Part shown: piece by piece, positions 11,691 to 22,961 of the stretch | Position numbering within the stretch: position 1 is the first letter of the stretch | Layout: every line of letters begins with the position of its first letter | NCBI RefSeq assembly: GCF_004010195.1 | Contig: NC_057734.1 | Span: 15,369,242 to 15,424,581, forward strand | From: Chiloscyllium plagiosum | Lineage: Eukaryota | Direction: 5' to 3' | Length of the DNA: 55,340 nucleotides | Made by a program: the position numbers and the translations under genes | Notes under the pieces: model-generated | Database searches by the model: none | What the model was told of the DNA's origin: nothing | What the model saw: the letters and a program-made list of their open reading frames with translations, nothing else

Positions 11691-12499
11691 AATTTTAACG
11701 CCTTAGTCTGTAGTTGACAGAGTGGTGTTGTTGCCCTGAGCAATATTTTGGACAGTTATTGGCAAGGTTGATGTCAAATCAGAAGCAGTCAAACAAACCT
11801 CTGTTTATGCACAAAAATAAAATGACAAAACGAAAACTAGACACTAGACCATAGCACGGTGACCTTTTTTCAATGTCAGCAAACTTGAAAAAGGTTAAAG
11901 TCACTAAGTACCACTTTGCTGTGATTTGTTTTCTCATCCTTCTGATGAACGAGAATTAATATGACAGACACACTTGGTTAAACTTTCGGTCCAAAGATCA
12001 GGGTCAGAGGCAGTTTCAAAATGGCCAGTGTGCGATTTTCCAAGCAATGTTGCCATGAGGCAGATAGTCAGTTAGGCTCCTTGAGGGATTGTTAACAGGG
12101 GTATTATGGGATGGCTGAGACTTGCCTGGCAGTTTCCAGTTTCTTGATGTGACTGAGAAAAGTTCAATTACCTGGAATTGGGAGCCCAACAACTGACAGC
12201 GGGCCCATTGCTCTATGCAGGACTATGGGTCCTCTCCCTCTCTACATCCTACCTCTACTCTCCCCTCACAACCAATCTCCCCATCACCCCTTCCCCACCA
12301 ACACCACCCGCCAACCAACCTGTCCCACCCAGCACACTAACATCCTCATTGTGAAGTCCTGTTTGAATTAAAAAGTCTAGAAATCAAATTGTTCAGAATT
12401 TGTTGGGAGGCCACTATCATACTGATTTGCTGTTTTAGTTACTTCCCTGTTCCTACAGCTGGATGCTTCTCTCAAGCTGAAAATTGTGTGATTAGGCCG

Positions 12500-12770
12500 C
12501 TCTGGTTTCCAGCATCTGCAGTCATTGTTTTTACCTCGTGGATTTTAACCCTACTGCGAATCCTCTTGCAAGGATGCCTGCCTTGAAGAAGTTTTCCTCC
12601 TCTCTCTACAAGAATCTCAGGGAGTCTCACCCTCCTCTAGCTTATCTCTCCACGCTTCAGGCTCTCTGCCTTTATTCCTGATGAAGGGCCTTTGCCCTAA
12701 ACGTCGATTTTGCCTGACCTCGGATGCTGCCTGAACTGCTGTGCTCTTCCAGCACCACTGATCCAGACTT
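12500..12770 (+). mobile_element. Penelope-derived fragment with degenerate hammerhead motif (12678-12712)
   Basis: CTGATGA-A-GGGC-CTTT-GCCC-(T)AAACGTCG followed by ggatgctgcctga, the same family as 46664-46790. Confidence 0.6.
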
Positions 12771-13580
12771 CAGCTTTAACAGTCTGTTAGCTGCTCTTAA
12801 CAGGAACTATCTCCATGTCAATTTTGGGAGATCCTTGGTCAAAACCCAAAAAACTAACTGCTATTCTCTGCCTACAAAGACAAAATTGTGCCCACCATGT
12901 TCTTTCTTCATTTTAACTGACTGTAGATTGAGTGCATGATGGCAGAATTGGTGAAATGCAGCAAAAGGAGGGGTGTGCCACTCTTTCCCCAGATTGTTGG
13001 GTATATTGTATATTGTACTGCCAACATCTGCTTTGAAAGTCACTTTAAGAATTCAATCTATTTTTGATTTCAGAAGCAGATTTACAACACCTTACAATAA
13101 TTTACTTTTGACTGAAGAACAACTGAAAATAATGATTAAAGAGAAACAGACCTGAAGTGAGTCTTCCCTTCAGCAGATATACATTGAAGCTGCAGAGTCT
13201 TTAAAACAAGCTGATGCTTTAGGCTGAGAAAAACACTTTTAGTCTGATTTTCCAGGTGATTTGTGTCAGTGCCTGGCACACCTACCCCATTTAAATGCAC
13301 AGAATTCACAGGAAATATTGACAATCCCATCTCATCCCATTCATTTAAATTGAAATCATGGGGACTCCATCATTTCCCTTGGAACTCTATCCCACATCAG
13401 GTTCCAGTCCTTTGGAAAGAAGGTAGGATAACATAGACAAGTTGAAAGTTAATATTGAAAATCTCACAACCATAATAAAAATCAGCTTCATTCTGAAACA
13501 TTTATAAAGCTCAGAGTATTGTAAGTAGTCATTTACTGTAAACACTAGTCTCATACAGTGTTAAACACAAAGTAACTTAC

Positions 13581-13665
13581 TTTGACGGCTCTGATAACTT
13601 TGATCCCAGGTTATTTAATAAAACATCGGTTCTTTAAAAATTCACAGATTCTGTGTATTGCATTT
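13581..13665 (-). pseudogene. OASL: OASL exon 1, 3' part (NAIHRICEFLKNRCFIK*PGIKVIRAVK) with premature stop
   Basis: Resembles the OAS1 exon 1 motif (AIDxICxFLKExCF...VxKVVK). Ends AAA|GTAAGT (donor at 13580), phase 0 into GGSSGKGT of exon 2. In-frame TAA at 13613-13611. Truncated upstream by Ns. Confidence 0.85.
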
Positions 13666-15772
13666 NNNNNNNNNNNNNNNNNNNNNNNNNNNNNNNNNNN
13701 NNNNNNNNNNNNNNNNNNNNNNNNNNNNNNNNNNNNNNNNNNNNNNNNNNNNNNNNNNNNNNNNNNNNNNNNNNNNNNNNNNNNNNNNNNNNNNNNNNNN
13801 NNNNNNNNNNNNNNNNNNNNNNNNNNNNNNNNNNNNNNNNNNNNNNNNNNNNNNNNNNNNNNNNNNNNNNNNNNNNNNNNNNNNNNNNNNNNNNNNNNNN
13901 NNNNNNNNNNNNNNNNNNNNNNNNNNNNNNNNNNNNNNNNNNNNNNNNNNNNNNNNNNNNNNNNNNNNNNNNNNNNNNNNNNNNNNNNNNNNNNNNNNNN
14001 NNNNNNNNNNNNNNNNNNNNNNNNNNNNNNNNNNNNNNNNNNNNNNNNNNNNNNNNNNNNNNNNNNNNNNNNNNNNNNNNNNNNNNNNNNNNNNNNNNNN
14101 NNNNNNNNNNNNNNNNNNNNNNNNNNNNNNNNNNNNNNNNNNNNNNNNNNNNNNNNNNNNNNNNNAAAATCATGGCACTGAGGCCTTTGTGCAAGTCACC
14201 TGCTTACATTCTCAGACAAGAAAAGGTCCTGGTACAATACACTTTTTCAAAAAACTGTAAGGTAATTAACAAAAATGCATTTGATTCTGATCATTGAATT
14301 ACAATACTTTGATTCGAATCAAGACTGCACCCATGGGTGAATACTCCATTCTGTTAACTTAGAAGGTTTTTCAAAAGACTTAGATTCATGTCAACCTGGA
14401 CCCTGAGTGGTGCACAATTCAAAACTGGCTTTTCACTTGATACCAATTCATCTTCTCTTTCACAGATGTCATAGGATAGCTGATGTGCCAATTCCAAAAA
14501 TGTTACACTGTGCAGGATGTGCCATGCCAAACACTTATTAAAAAATTGCATAATCATCAGAATGATTATCTTTCTGGTTCGCTTTAAAATTACAAGATAA
14601 TTTACAATTAATTTATTTTGTATTAATCATTGGCTCAACATTGGAATGCTTTAATCTGAGTGCTTACAGTTTTACAATAACAGGATTTCAAGGCCTACAT
14701 ATTACATCTCCCATAATTGCCAGTATGATTGGGAAGTAATAAAGATCTAAACATGTGTTTATATCTATCTGAATTTTCTGTGTCGTTCTCTCCATTCCAT
14801 TTTGGATCTACCTTTAAACCGAGTTTATGATGACGTACACAAGCCAAGTGTTGATGAAAGGATCAGCTATTAATGAGACATCTATAAACAATTTCCAAGA
14901 GTGAGTACAGCCAAGATCACCAATCTATTGTCTAATTATAATCATATTAATTATATAATACTAGTCGATCTCATTTAGCCTTTTACATATTTTAAGAGAA
15001 TCTGGACAGGATTTTTAGTTTTGATGTGATTGGGAATTGAGATGATTCAATCTGCTCTCACACAAACAATTAGGCCAATTAAGCCCTTATTCAAAGTCAG
15101 TCAACTCTAACTCCACTGGTCAGAGATGTCAATGATGGTGATGGCAGTGACTTTATAGGTATTACAACCAAATCAAGGACGTGCATTTTTTATGGGGAGG
15201 AATCCTGCTATTCTGTAGTGGCAGAGACCTGGAATGGTGAAATAGGATGAGATTGATACAGAGCAGAGCACATGAGAAGGGCAAGGTAAAGGCTGAGAAT
15301 GGAACATAGGGAAAGGGAAGATGAGTAACATACAGGAAAATATCAATTTAATCTATCAATATTAAAGAACAAACCATATCAGCAAATTTGATTAAATGTA
15401 AAAATGTTAATTAAATAAATAAACTAAAGTAAGGAAGTGATTACATGCAGATAGTTGGTCACAGCTACAGCATATGGGAGCTTGTAGATAAATGTTTCAA
15501 TTAGTCAGTGAGTATCTGCATCTCATGTGTTCTGAAGCCAGCATGATGTTATCTCTGGACAAGTCAGATTCCTGACTTTTAGCCTTTGTCCTTGCAGAAC
15601 AGATAGAGAGTTCAATATCTTTAAATTATGGCTTGTGGACATATTGATTTAGTAAATATTTTTGAATCCATTATAACAAATATTTAGAGACCCAGGCGAG
15701 TAGTCTGAAAGCATGGGTTTGAATCCCACCATGACTAGTACTGAAATTTGAATTTGATGACGGGATCTAAAT

Positions 15773-16440
15773 TTAAAGGCAATCATGTTTGACTAATTTG
15801 CTAAAGTTCTTTGAAGCTGTAACAAGTGGGTAATGGGTATCCTTTAGATGTAATATATCTGGACTTTCAAAAGATGGTTGATAGGGTGCTGCAGAAAAGG
15901 TTAAATCACAGGGTTGGATCATAAAAGATTGGGGTAATTTATCAACTTGGACAGACGACTGGCTGATGGATAGAAGACAGAGAGCCGGGATAGATGTTTT
16001 TTTTTTTCTGGATGACAAGATAGAACTAGTAGGGTGCCACAGGATTTGATCTTTGAACCCCAGCTATTTACAATCTACATTCTTGACTTGGAAAGAGGGA
16101 TAGAAGGCTATATAGCCAAATTTGCCGATGGCACAAAAATTGGTGGGACAATAAATTGCAATGAGGAAATAAGAACCTTACAAATGGATGTAGATAGGTT
16201 AGGAGAGTGGAAGGTGGGGTTTAATGTGGATAAGTGCGAGATCATGGATTTGGGTCCCAAAAATAAGAAGGTGACCTATTATCTTAATGGTAGAGACTTC
16301 GGAGTGCTCCAATGCAGAGGAGTTTAGGTGTACTTGTTCCTGAGTCACAGAAAATTAGCATTCAGGTACAGCAGATAATAAAGAAAGTGAATGGAATGTT
16401 GGCTTTTATAGCTGAAGGAATAGAATATGAAGTTATGGAA
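15773..16440 (+). mobile_element. Old CR1 RT fragment, 5' half (continues at 29628-30205)
   Basis: AKFADGTKIGG...FIAEGIEYEVME breaks at ~16440 and resumes VLLQLYKGLVR at ~29630. Confidence 0.75.
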
Positions 16441-17603
16441 AAGGAAAATGATGGAGGATGGGGAAAAATTGTGCCTGTAAGAGCTGCTCATTTTTTGAGG
16501 TATTTTAGGTCTTGGAGATACTTTCCTCGAATTCCAGGACCAGCAATTGCTGTTTTATATACTGTGGATTTGTTTTGGAACTTTGGGGGACAAAAGATCA
16601 AAACAACGGCACTTTAAGAAGGAGGAAGACAGACAAAGGCATTGACCACATGGTCAGAGAAAGAAACCTATTCTGCTGTCTGCACAGTTACTGCCTTTGA
16701 TATTTGAGTTCATATATCTCTGGACATCAGAGTGCGGCTAGGAAAAGTTAACAAACAGCGAAATTCACAGCTGACCTTGGATGAACCTGTGCAGGAGTGC
16801 TCTCAGCACAGGAACTGATAAGTGCATAGTTTTTAAGTATAGCCTTTCTGTAAATGTACAATAGTGAGTAGAGTGGGTTCTTTCATGATTATATGTTTTA
16901 TTGTATCATGATTAAGTTTTAAAAATATAAGCCATAAGCATTAAGTTAGCTTGGAGCAGTTTATTTTTAGAGCAATAAGACGGGGCTATTTTCTGGGTCT
17001 GTAGTTTGTGAAAGAGCAAAGATGGCCATTAGTAGAATGATGTACTTTTCCTGTCAGGTGTGGAAGTTTGGGGAGAGTTTCCATGTTATTGATTATTATG
17101 TCTCCAGGAAGTGTCTTTGATTGCAAATCCTACCATATCGCATGGATCAGTTGGAGCAGCAGTTAGAGGCAATAAGGAATTTACAGGAGCTAGGGGATGT
17201 GTTGGATGACAGTTATAGGAAGGGAGAAAAGCAGTAGATACAGTCAGGTAGATGGGTTAACTGCAGGAAAGGTAGGAGGGGTAGGCGGGGTAGTGCAGGA
17301 GTCTCCTGTGGCTATCCTCATCTCAAAGAAGTATACTGTTTTGGAAAATGTAGGGGGTGATGGACTCTTGGGGGAATGTAGCATGAACAGTCAAGTTTCT
17401 GGTACCAAGAATAGCTCCAATGTAATGAGGGGTACATCAAGTTCCAAGTGATTGATTGTGATAGGGGACTCTCTAGTCCGAGGCACAGTCCGTGGCTAGC
17501 AGCAAAAAGTCAGAATGGTGTTTTGCCTCCCTGGTGCCAGGATCAAGGATGTCTCAGAGAGGGTGCAGAATGTTCTCAAGGGGGAGAGGGGCCAGCAGGA
17601 GGT

Positions 17604-18745
17604 AGAACATAGAACATAGAAAAGTACAGCACAGAACAGGCCCTTTGGCCACGATGTTGTGCTGAGGGTTAATCCTAATGTAAAATAAAATAACTTAACC
17701 TAAGCACCCCTCAACTCACTGGCTGTCCATGTGCTTGTCCAGAAGTCGCTTAAATGTCCCTAATGACTCTGCTTCCACCACCACTGCTAGCAACGTATTC
17801 CATGCATTCACAACTCTCTGCGTAAAGAACCTTCCTCTGATGTCCCCTCCTAATATCTTCAAACTATGACCCCTCATACCAGTCAATCCTGCCATGAGGA
17901 AATGTCTCTGGCTATTGACTCTATCCATTCCTCTCATTATCTTGTATACCTTGATCAGGTCGCCTCTCTTCACCCTTCTCTCCAGAGAGAAAAGTCTAAG
18001 CTTATTCAACCTCTGTTCATAAGGCAAGCCCTCCAGTCCAGGCAGCATCCTGGTAAACCTTCTTTGCACTCTCTCCAAAGCCTCTGTATCTTTCCTATAA
18101 TAGGGCGACCAGAACGGGACACAATATTCCAAATGTGGTCTCACCAGGGACTTGTAGAGCTGTAGCAAAACCTCGCGACTGTTAAATTCGATCCCCCTGT
18201 TAATGAAAGCCAAAACACCATATGCTTTCTTAACAACCCTATCCACTTAGGTGGCAACTTTGAGGGATCTATTACTTGCACACCCAGGTCCCTCTGTTCC
18301 TCCACACTGCCAAGAATCCTGTCTTTAATCCTATATTCAGCATTCGAGTTCGACCTTCCAAAATACATCACTTCGCATTTATCCAGGTTGAACTCCACCT
18401 GCCATTTCTCAGCCCAGCTCTGCATCCTGTCTATGTCGCGCTGCAGCCTGCAGTAGCCCTCAATACTATCGATGGCACCTCCAACCTTTGTGTCATCTGC
18501 AAATTTACTAACCCACCCCTCAACCTCCTCATCCAAGTCATTTATAAAAACTACAAGGAGCAGAGGCCCAAGAACAGAGCCTTGCAGGACCCCAGTCAAC
18601 ACTGACCTCCAGGGAGAATACTTTCCATCTACAACCACTCTTTGCCTTCTGTCAGCCAACCAATTCTGAATCCAGATAGCCAAATCTCCCTGTATCCCAT
18701 ACTTCCTGACTTTATGAATGAGCCTACCATGGGAAACCTTATCAA
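17604..18745 (-). mobile_element. 5'-truncated CR1 LINE nested in CR1 ORF1
   Basis: ORFs 18141..18683 and 17716..18246 (FADDTK, RPHLEYC); (ttctatg)n tail at 17604-17620. Confidence 0.9.
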
Positions 18746-19527
18746 ATTGTTGTACACATTGGAACTAATGACAAAGGAAGGGAAAGGGATGGGATTCTAA
18801 AGGGAGAATATAGAGACTTAGGCAGGAGTTTAAAAAGGAGATCCTCAATTAATGTCTGGATTACTCCTGGTGCTACACGTTAGTGAGGGTAAGTATGGGA
18901 GGATAGAGCAGATGAATGTGTGGCTGAGGAGCTGATGCAGGGGAGAAGGGTTCACATTTCTGGATTATTAGAATCTCTTTTGGGTCGAAGTGATTTGTAC
19001 AAGAAGGACAGATTGCACCTGAATTGGAAGGGGCTCATATACTAGCAGGAAGATTTGCTGGAGCTGCTTGGGAGGATTTAAACTAGTAGGGGGTGTTTGG
19101 AGGGTGGGCAACCAAGGGAAATAGTGAGGAAAGAGATTAATCTGAGACTGGTACAGTTGGGAAAAGGAGCGAATCAAACAGTCAGGGCAGGCAGTAACAA
19201 AGCAGAGAACAAGATAGGACTGATAAATTAAACTGCATTTATTTCAATGCATGAAGCCTTAATAGCGTAGGCAGATGAGCACAGGAAATGGTTAGGTACA
19301 TTACACTTGGACACTATAGCAAGTACAGAAATGTGGCTCAGGGATAGACCAGACTGGCAGCTAAATGTTCCAGGATCCAAATACGATAGGAAGGATAGAA
19401 AGGGGGGAAGAGAAGAGGGGGAGGGGGGAGTAGTGTTTTTGATAAGGGATAACATTACAGCTGTACTTCGGGAGGATATCCCTGGGAATACATCCAGGAG
19501 GTTATTTCGGTGAAACTGAGAAATAGG

Positions 19528-20189
19528 AAAGTTGCCACCCAGGTGGATAGTGCTGTTAAGAAGGCATACGGTATGTTAGGTTTCATTGGTAGAGGGGTTG
19601 AGTTCCGGAACCACAATATCATGCTGCAACTATACAAAATGCTGGTGGTGGCCACACTTGGAATATTGTGTACAGTTCTGGTCCCCCCATTACAGGAAGG
19701 ATGTGGAAGCATTGGAAAAGGTGCAGAGGAGATTTAACAGGATGTTGCCTGGTCTGGAGGAAAGGCCTTATTAAGAAAGGCGGTGAGACTTGTGTGTGTT
19801 CTCACTGGAAAGAAGAGGGCTAAGGGGGGATTTGGTAGAGACATACAAGATGATCAGAGGATTAGATAGGGTAGACAGTGAAATACTTTTTCCTAAGATG
19901 ATAACGTCAGCTTGTACAAGAGGGCAGAAGTACAAATTGAGGGGTGATAGATTTAAGACAGATGTCAGAGGCAGGTTCTTTACACAGAGAGTGGTAAGGG
20001 CGTGGAATGTCCTACCTGCTAATGTAGTCAACTCAGCCACATTAGGGAGATTTAAACAATCCTTAGATAAACACATGGATGATTTTGGGATAGTGTAGGG
20101 GGACGAGCTGAGATTAGTTCATAGGCCGGCGCAACATCAAGGGCTGAAGGGCCTGTTCTGCACTGTATTGTTCTATGTTCTATGTTCTA
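19528..20189 (+). mobile_element. 5'-truncated CR1 LINE nested in CR1 endonuclease
   Basis: [25 protein letters not shown]; tail ttctatgttctatgttcta. Confidence 0.9.
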
Positions 20190-20349
20190 ACTTATTGGGA
20201 TTGTATTATATACCCGTCAATAGTCAGTAGGAAATCGAGAAACAAATTTGTGAGGAGATCTCCATTATTTGTAAGAATAATAGGCGTGGTTATGGTTCGG
20301 GATTTTAACTTTCCAAACATAGACTAGGATTGCCATTGCGTTAAGGGTT

Positions 20350-20660
20350 TAGATTAGATTACTTACAGTGTGGAAACAGGCCCTTCAGCCCAACAAGTCC
20401 ACACCGACCCGCCGAAGCGCAACCCACCCATGCCCCTACATTTACCCCTTACCTAACACTAGGGGCAATTTAGCATGGCCAATTCACCTGACCTGCACAT
20501 CTTTGGACTGTGGGAGGAAACCGGAGCACCCGGAGGAAACCCACACAGACACGGGGAGAATGTGCAAACTCCACACAGTCAGTCGCCTGAGTCGGGAATT
20601 GAACCCGGGTCTCTTGCGCTGTGAGGCAGCAGTGCTAACCACTGTGCCACCGTGCCGCCC
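20350..20660 (-). mobile_element. HE1-like V-SINE nested in CR1
   Basis: Complete head (gggcggcacggtggcacagtgg on -), V-domain and (taatc)n tail. Confidence 0.88.
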
Positions 20661-22330
20661 ACATGGAGAGGAATTTGTTCAGTGTGTACAAGAATTTTGT
20701 GTGTACAGAGGAATTTTGTTTAGATGGAGAGGAATTTGTTCAGTGTGTACAAAAAAAATGTATTGACTCAGTATGTGGATGTACCTACTAGAGAAGGTGT
20801 AAAACTTGACCTACTCTTGGGAAATAAGGCAGGCCAGGTGACTGAGGTGTCAATGGGGGAGCATTTTGGGGCCAGCGGCCATAATTCTATTAGTTTTAAA
20901 ATACTGATGGAAAAGGATAGACCAGATCTAAAAGTTGAAGTTCCAAATTGGCGAAAGGCCAATTTTGATAGCATTAGGCAAGAACTTTCAAACGTTGGTT
21001 GGGGCAGATGTTCACAAGAAAGGTATGGCCAGAAAATGGGAAGCCTTCAAAAATGAGATAACGAGAGTCCAGAGAAACTATATTCCTGTTAGAGTAGAAG
21101 ACAAAGCTGGTAGGTTTAGGGAATGCTGGATGACTAGAGAAATTGAGGTTTTGGTTAAGAAAAAGAAGGAAGCATATGTAAGGCCTAGAGGATAGATCAA
21201 GTGAATCCTTAGAAGAGTATAAAGGCAGTAGGAATATACTTAAGAGGGAAATCAGGAGGGCAAAAAAGGATATGAGATAGCTTTGGCAGAAAGGGTTAAG
21301 GAGAATCCAAAGTGATTTTATAAATATATTAAGGACATAAGGGTAACTAGGGAGAGAAAAGGGCCCCTTAAAGATCAGCAAGGCAGCCTATGTGTGGAAC
21401 CACAGAAAATGGACGAAATACTAAACAAGAATTTTGCATCAGTGTTTACTTTGTAGAAGGACATGGAAGATATAGAATGTGGGGAAATAGATAGTGACAT
21501 CTTGGACAATGTCCATATTGCAGAGGATGAGGTGCATAAAAATGGGTAAATCGCCAGGACCTGATCAGGTGTATCCTAAACCTCTGTGGGAAGCTAGAGA
21601 AGTGATTGTTTGGCCCCTTTGCTGAGATATTTGTACCATTGATTGTCACAGATGAGGGGCCAGAAGACTGGAGGTTTGCTAATGTGGTGCTGCTGTTTAA
21701 GAAAGGTGGTAAGGCCAAGACAGGGAACTATAGACCAGTGAGCCTGATGTCGGTGGTTGGCAAGTTGTTGGAAGGAGTCCTGAGGGATAGGATTTACATG
21801 TATATGGAAAGGCAAGGACTGATTAGGGACAGCCAACATGGCTTTGTGTGTGGGAAATCATGTCTCATGAATTTGATCGAGTTTTTTGAAGAAGTAATGA
21901 AGAGGATTGATGAAGGCAGAGCAAGTGACGTGATCTACATGGACTTTAGTAAGGTGTTCGATAGGGTTCCCCATGGGAGACTGGTTAGCAAGGTTAGATC
22001 TCATGAAATACAGGGAGAACTAGCTAGGTGGATGCAGAACTGGCTTGAATGTAGAAGACAGAGAGTGGTGGTGGAGAGTTACTTTTCAGACTGGAGATCT
22101 GTGATCAGTGGAAAGCCACAAGGTACGGTGCTGGGTCCACTGCTTTTCGTCATTTATATAAATGATCTGGATGAGAACATAGAGGGTATAGTTAGTAAGT
22201 TTGCAGATGACACAAAATTGGAGGTGTACTGGACAGCAAAGAAGGTTACCTCAGAGTACAACGGAATCTTGATCAGATGGGCCAATGGGCTGAGGAGTGG
22301 CAGATGGAGTTTAATTTAGATAAATGTGAT

Positions 22331-22939
22331 TGTCACAAAGCTGGTTTCTTTTCTCTAAAAGCTATTCCTTTTCTCAAGGATACTACGTCCTTGCTTTTTT
22401 TTCAGAGAGGTAATAAACTGCTTTCAGTGCCACTTAATCTGGTTTGGTACAGACATGAAAAGGATTTTGAGAGGCCTTTTGTTTATATGTAAACAGATGA
22501 GACTTCAAGCCAAAGTGATCATGCTTTAGAAGTGACCTGTATAATGAAAGGGGAGTGGTCAGCTCTCTTGCTGAGCAGTTTAGTTCAGTTTTAAACTGGT
22601 GAGGAGTTCAACAGTGAGTTATGTGGAAACTCTCTCTCTTTCTGTTCTTCAACTTCAACCAGTAAGCATGTGCTCCATTTATACTGGCGTTTAAAGGGAG
22701 TTTGCTTATTGGAACAGCATACATAAGTCTCGTTTGGATAGACTGAGTTCTGTAGGGGTTTTTTATTCTGTTCTTTGTGTTTCATTGTGTAATTTTGTGA
22801 ATACATTTTTGTCTGTTTTAAAATCTAGTAGATAACCTAGCTACCTTACTCCGGGTAATTTTCACTGTAAACTTACCGAGGCAAATAGCAAGGTTATGGT
22901 CTGGGCTGCATGTTGAATGGTCTGGCTTAGTCCACAACA
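22331..22939 (+). repeat. 5' LTR
   Basis: TGTCACAAAG...TCCACAACA, direct repeat of 28220-28844. Confidence 0.9.
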
Positions 22940-22942
22940 GAC

Positions 22943-22961
22943 TGGGGGCTCTTTGTGGGAT
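22943..22961 (+). promoter_or_regulatory. Primer-binding site, tRNA-Pro-like
   Basis: TGGGGGCTCTTTGTGGGAT resembles the tRNA-Pro PBS TGGGGGCTCGTCCGGGAT, 3 nt after the 5' LTR. Confidence 0.7.

Larger units (their letters stand above)
3787..13665 (-). pseudogene. OASL: OASL-type gene (OAS nucleotidyltransferase + tandem C-terminal UBL domains), apparently inactivated in the OAS part; 5' end lies in the N gap 13666-14165
   Basis: Six exons reconstructed by hand with GT-AG boundaries and phases 0/1/0/2/0, matching vertebrate OAS1/OASL exon structure: ex1 13665-13581, ex2 9815-9515, ex3 9179-9004, ex4 8070-7863, ex5 6557-6425, ex6 4260-3787. Lesions: in-frame TAA at 13613-13611, frameshift at 8036/8035, inverted duplication at the exon 4 5' end. 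Confidence 0.85.

Noticed and set aside
13582-14297. Long ORFs spanning 13.6-14.3 kb
   Set aside because: Artefacts of the N run; only the OAS exon 1 remnant at 13581-13665 is supported.
14570-14586. ISRE-like AAAGCGAACCAGAAA on the minus strand upstream of OASL
   Set aside because: Imperfect match, and the OASL transcription start is unknown because of the gap.
20661-20752. Short direct repeat atggagaggaatttgttcagtgtgtacaa
   Set aside because: Local duplication inside a decayed CR1 beside a SINE insertion; no sign of function.
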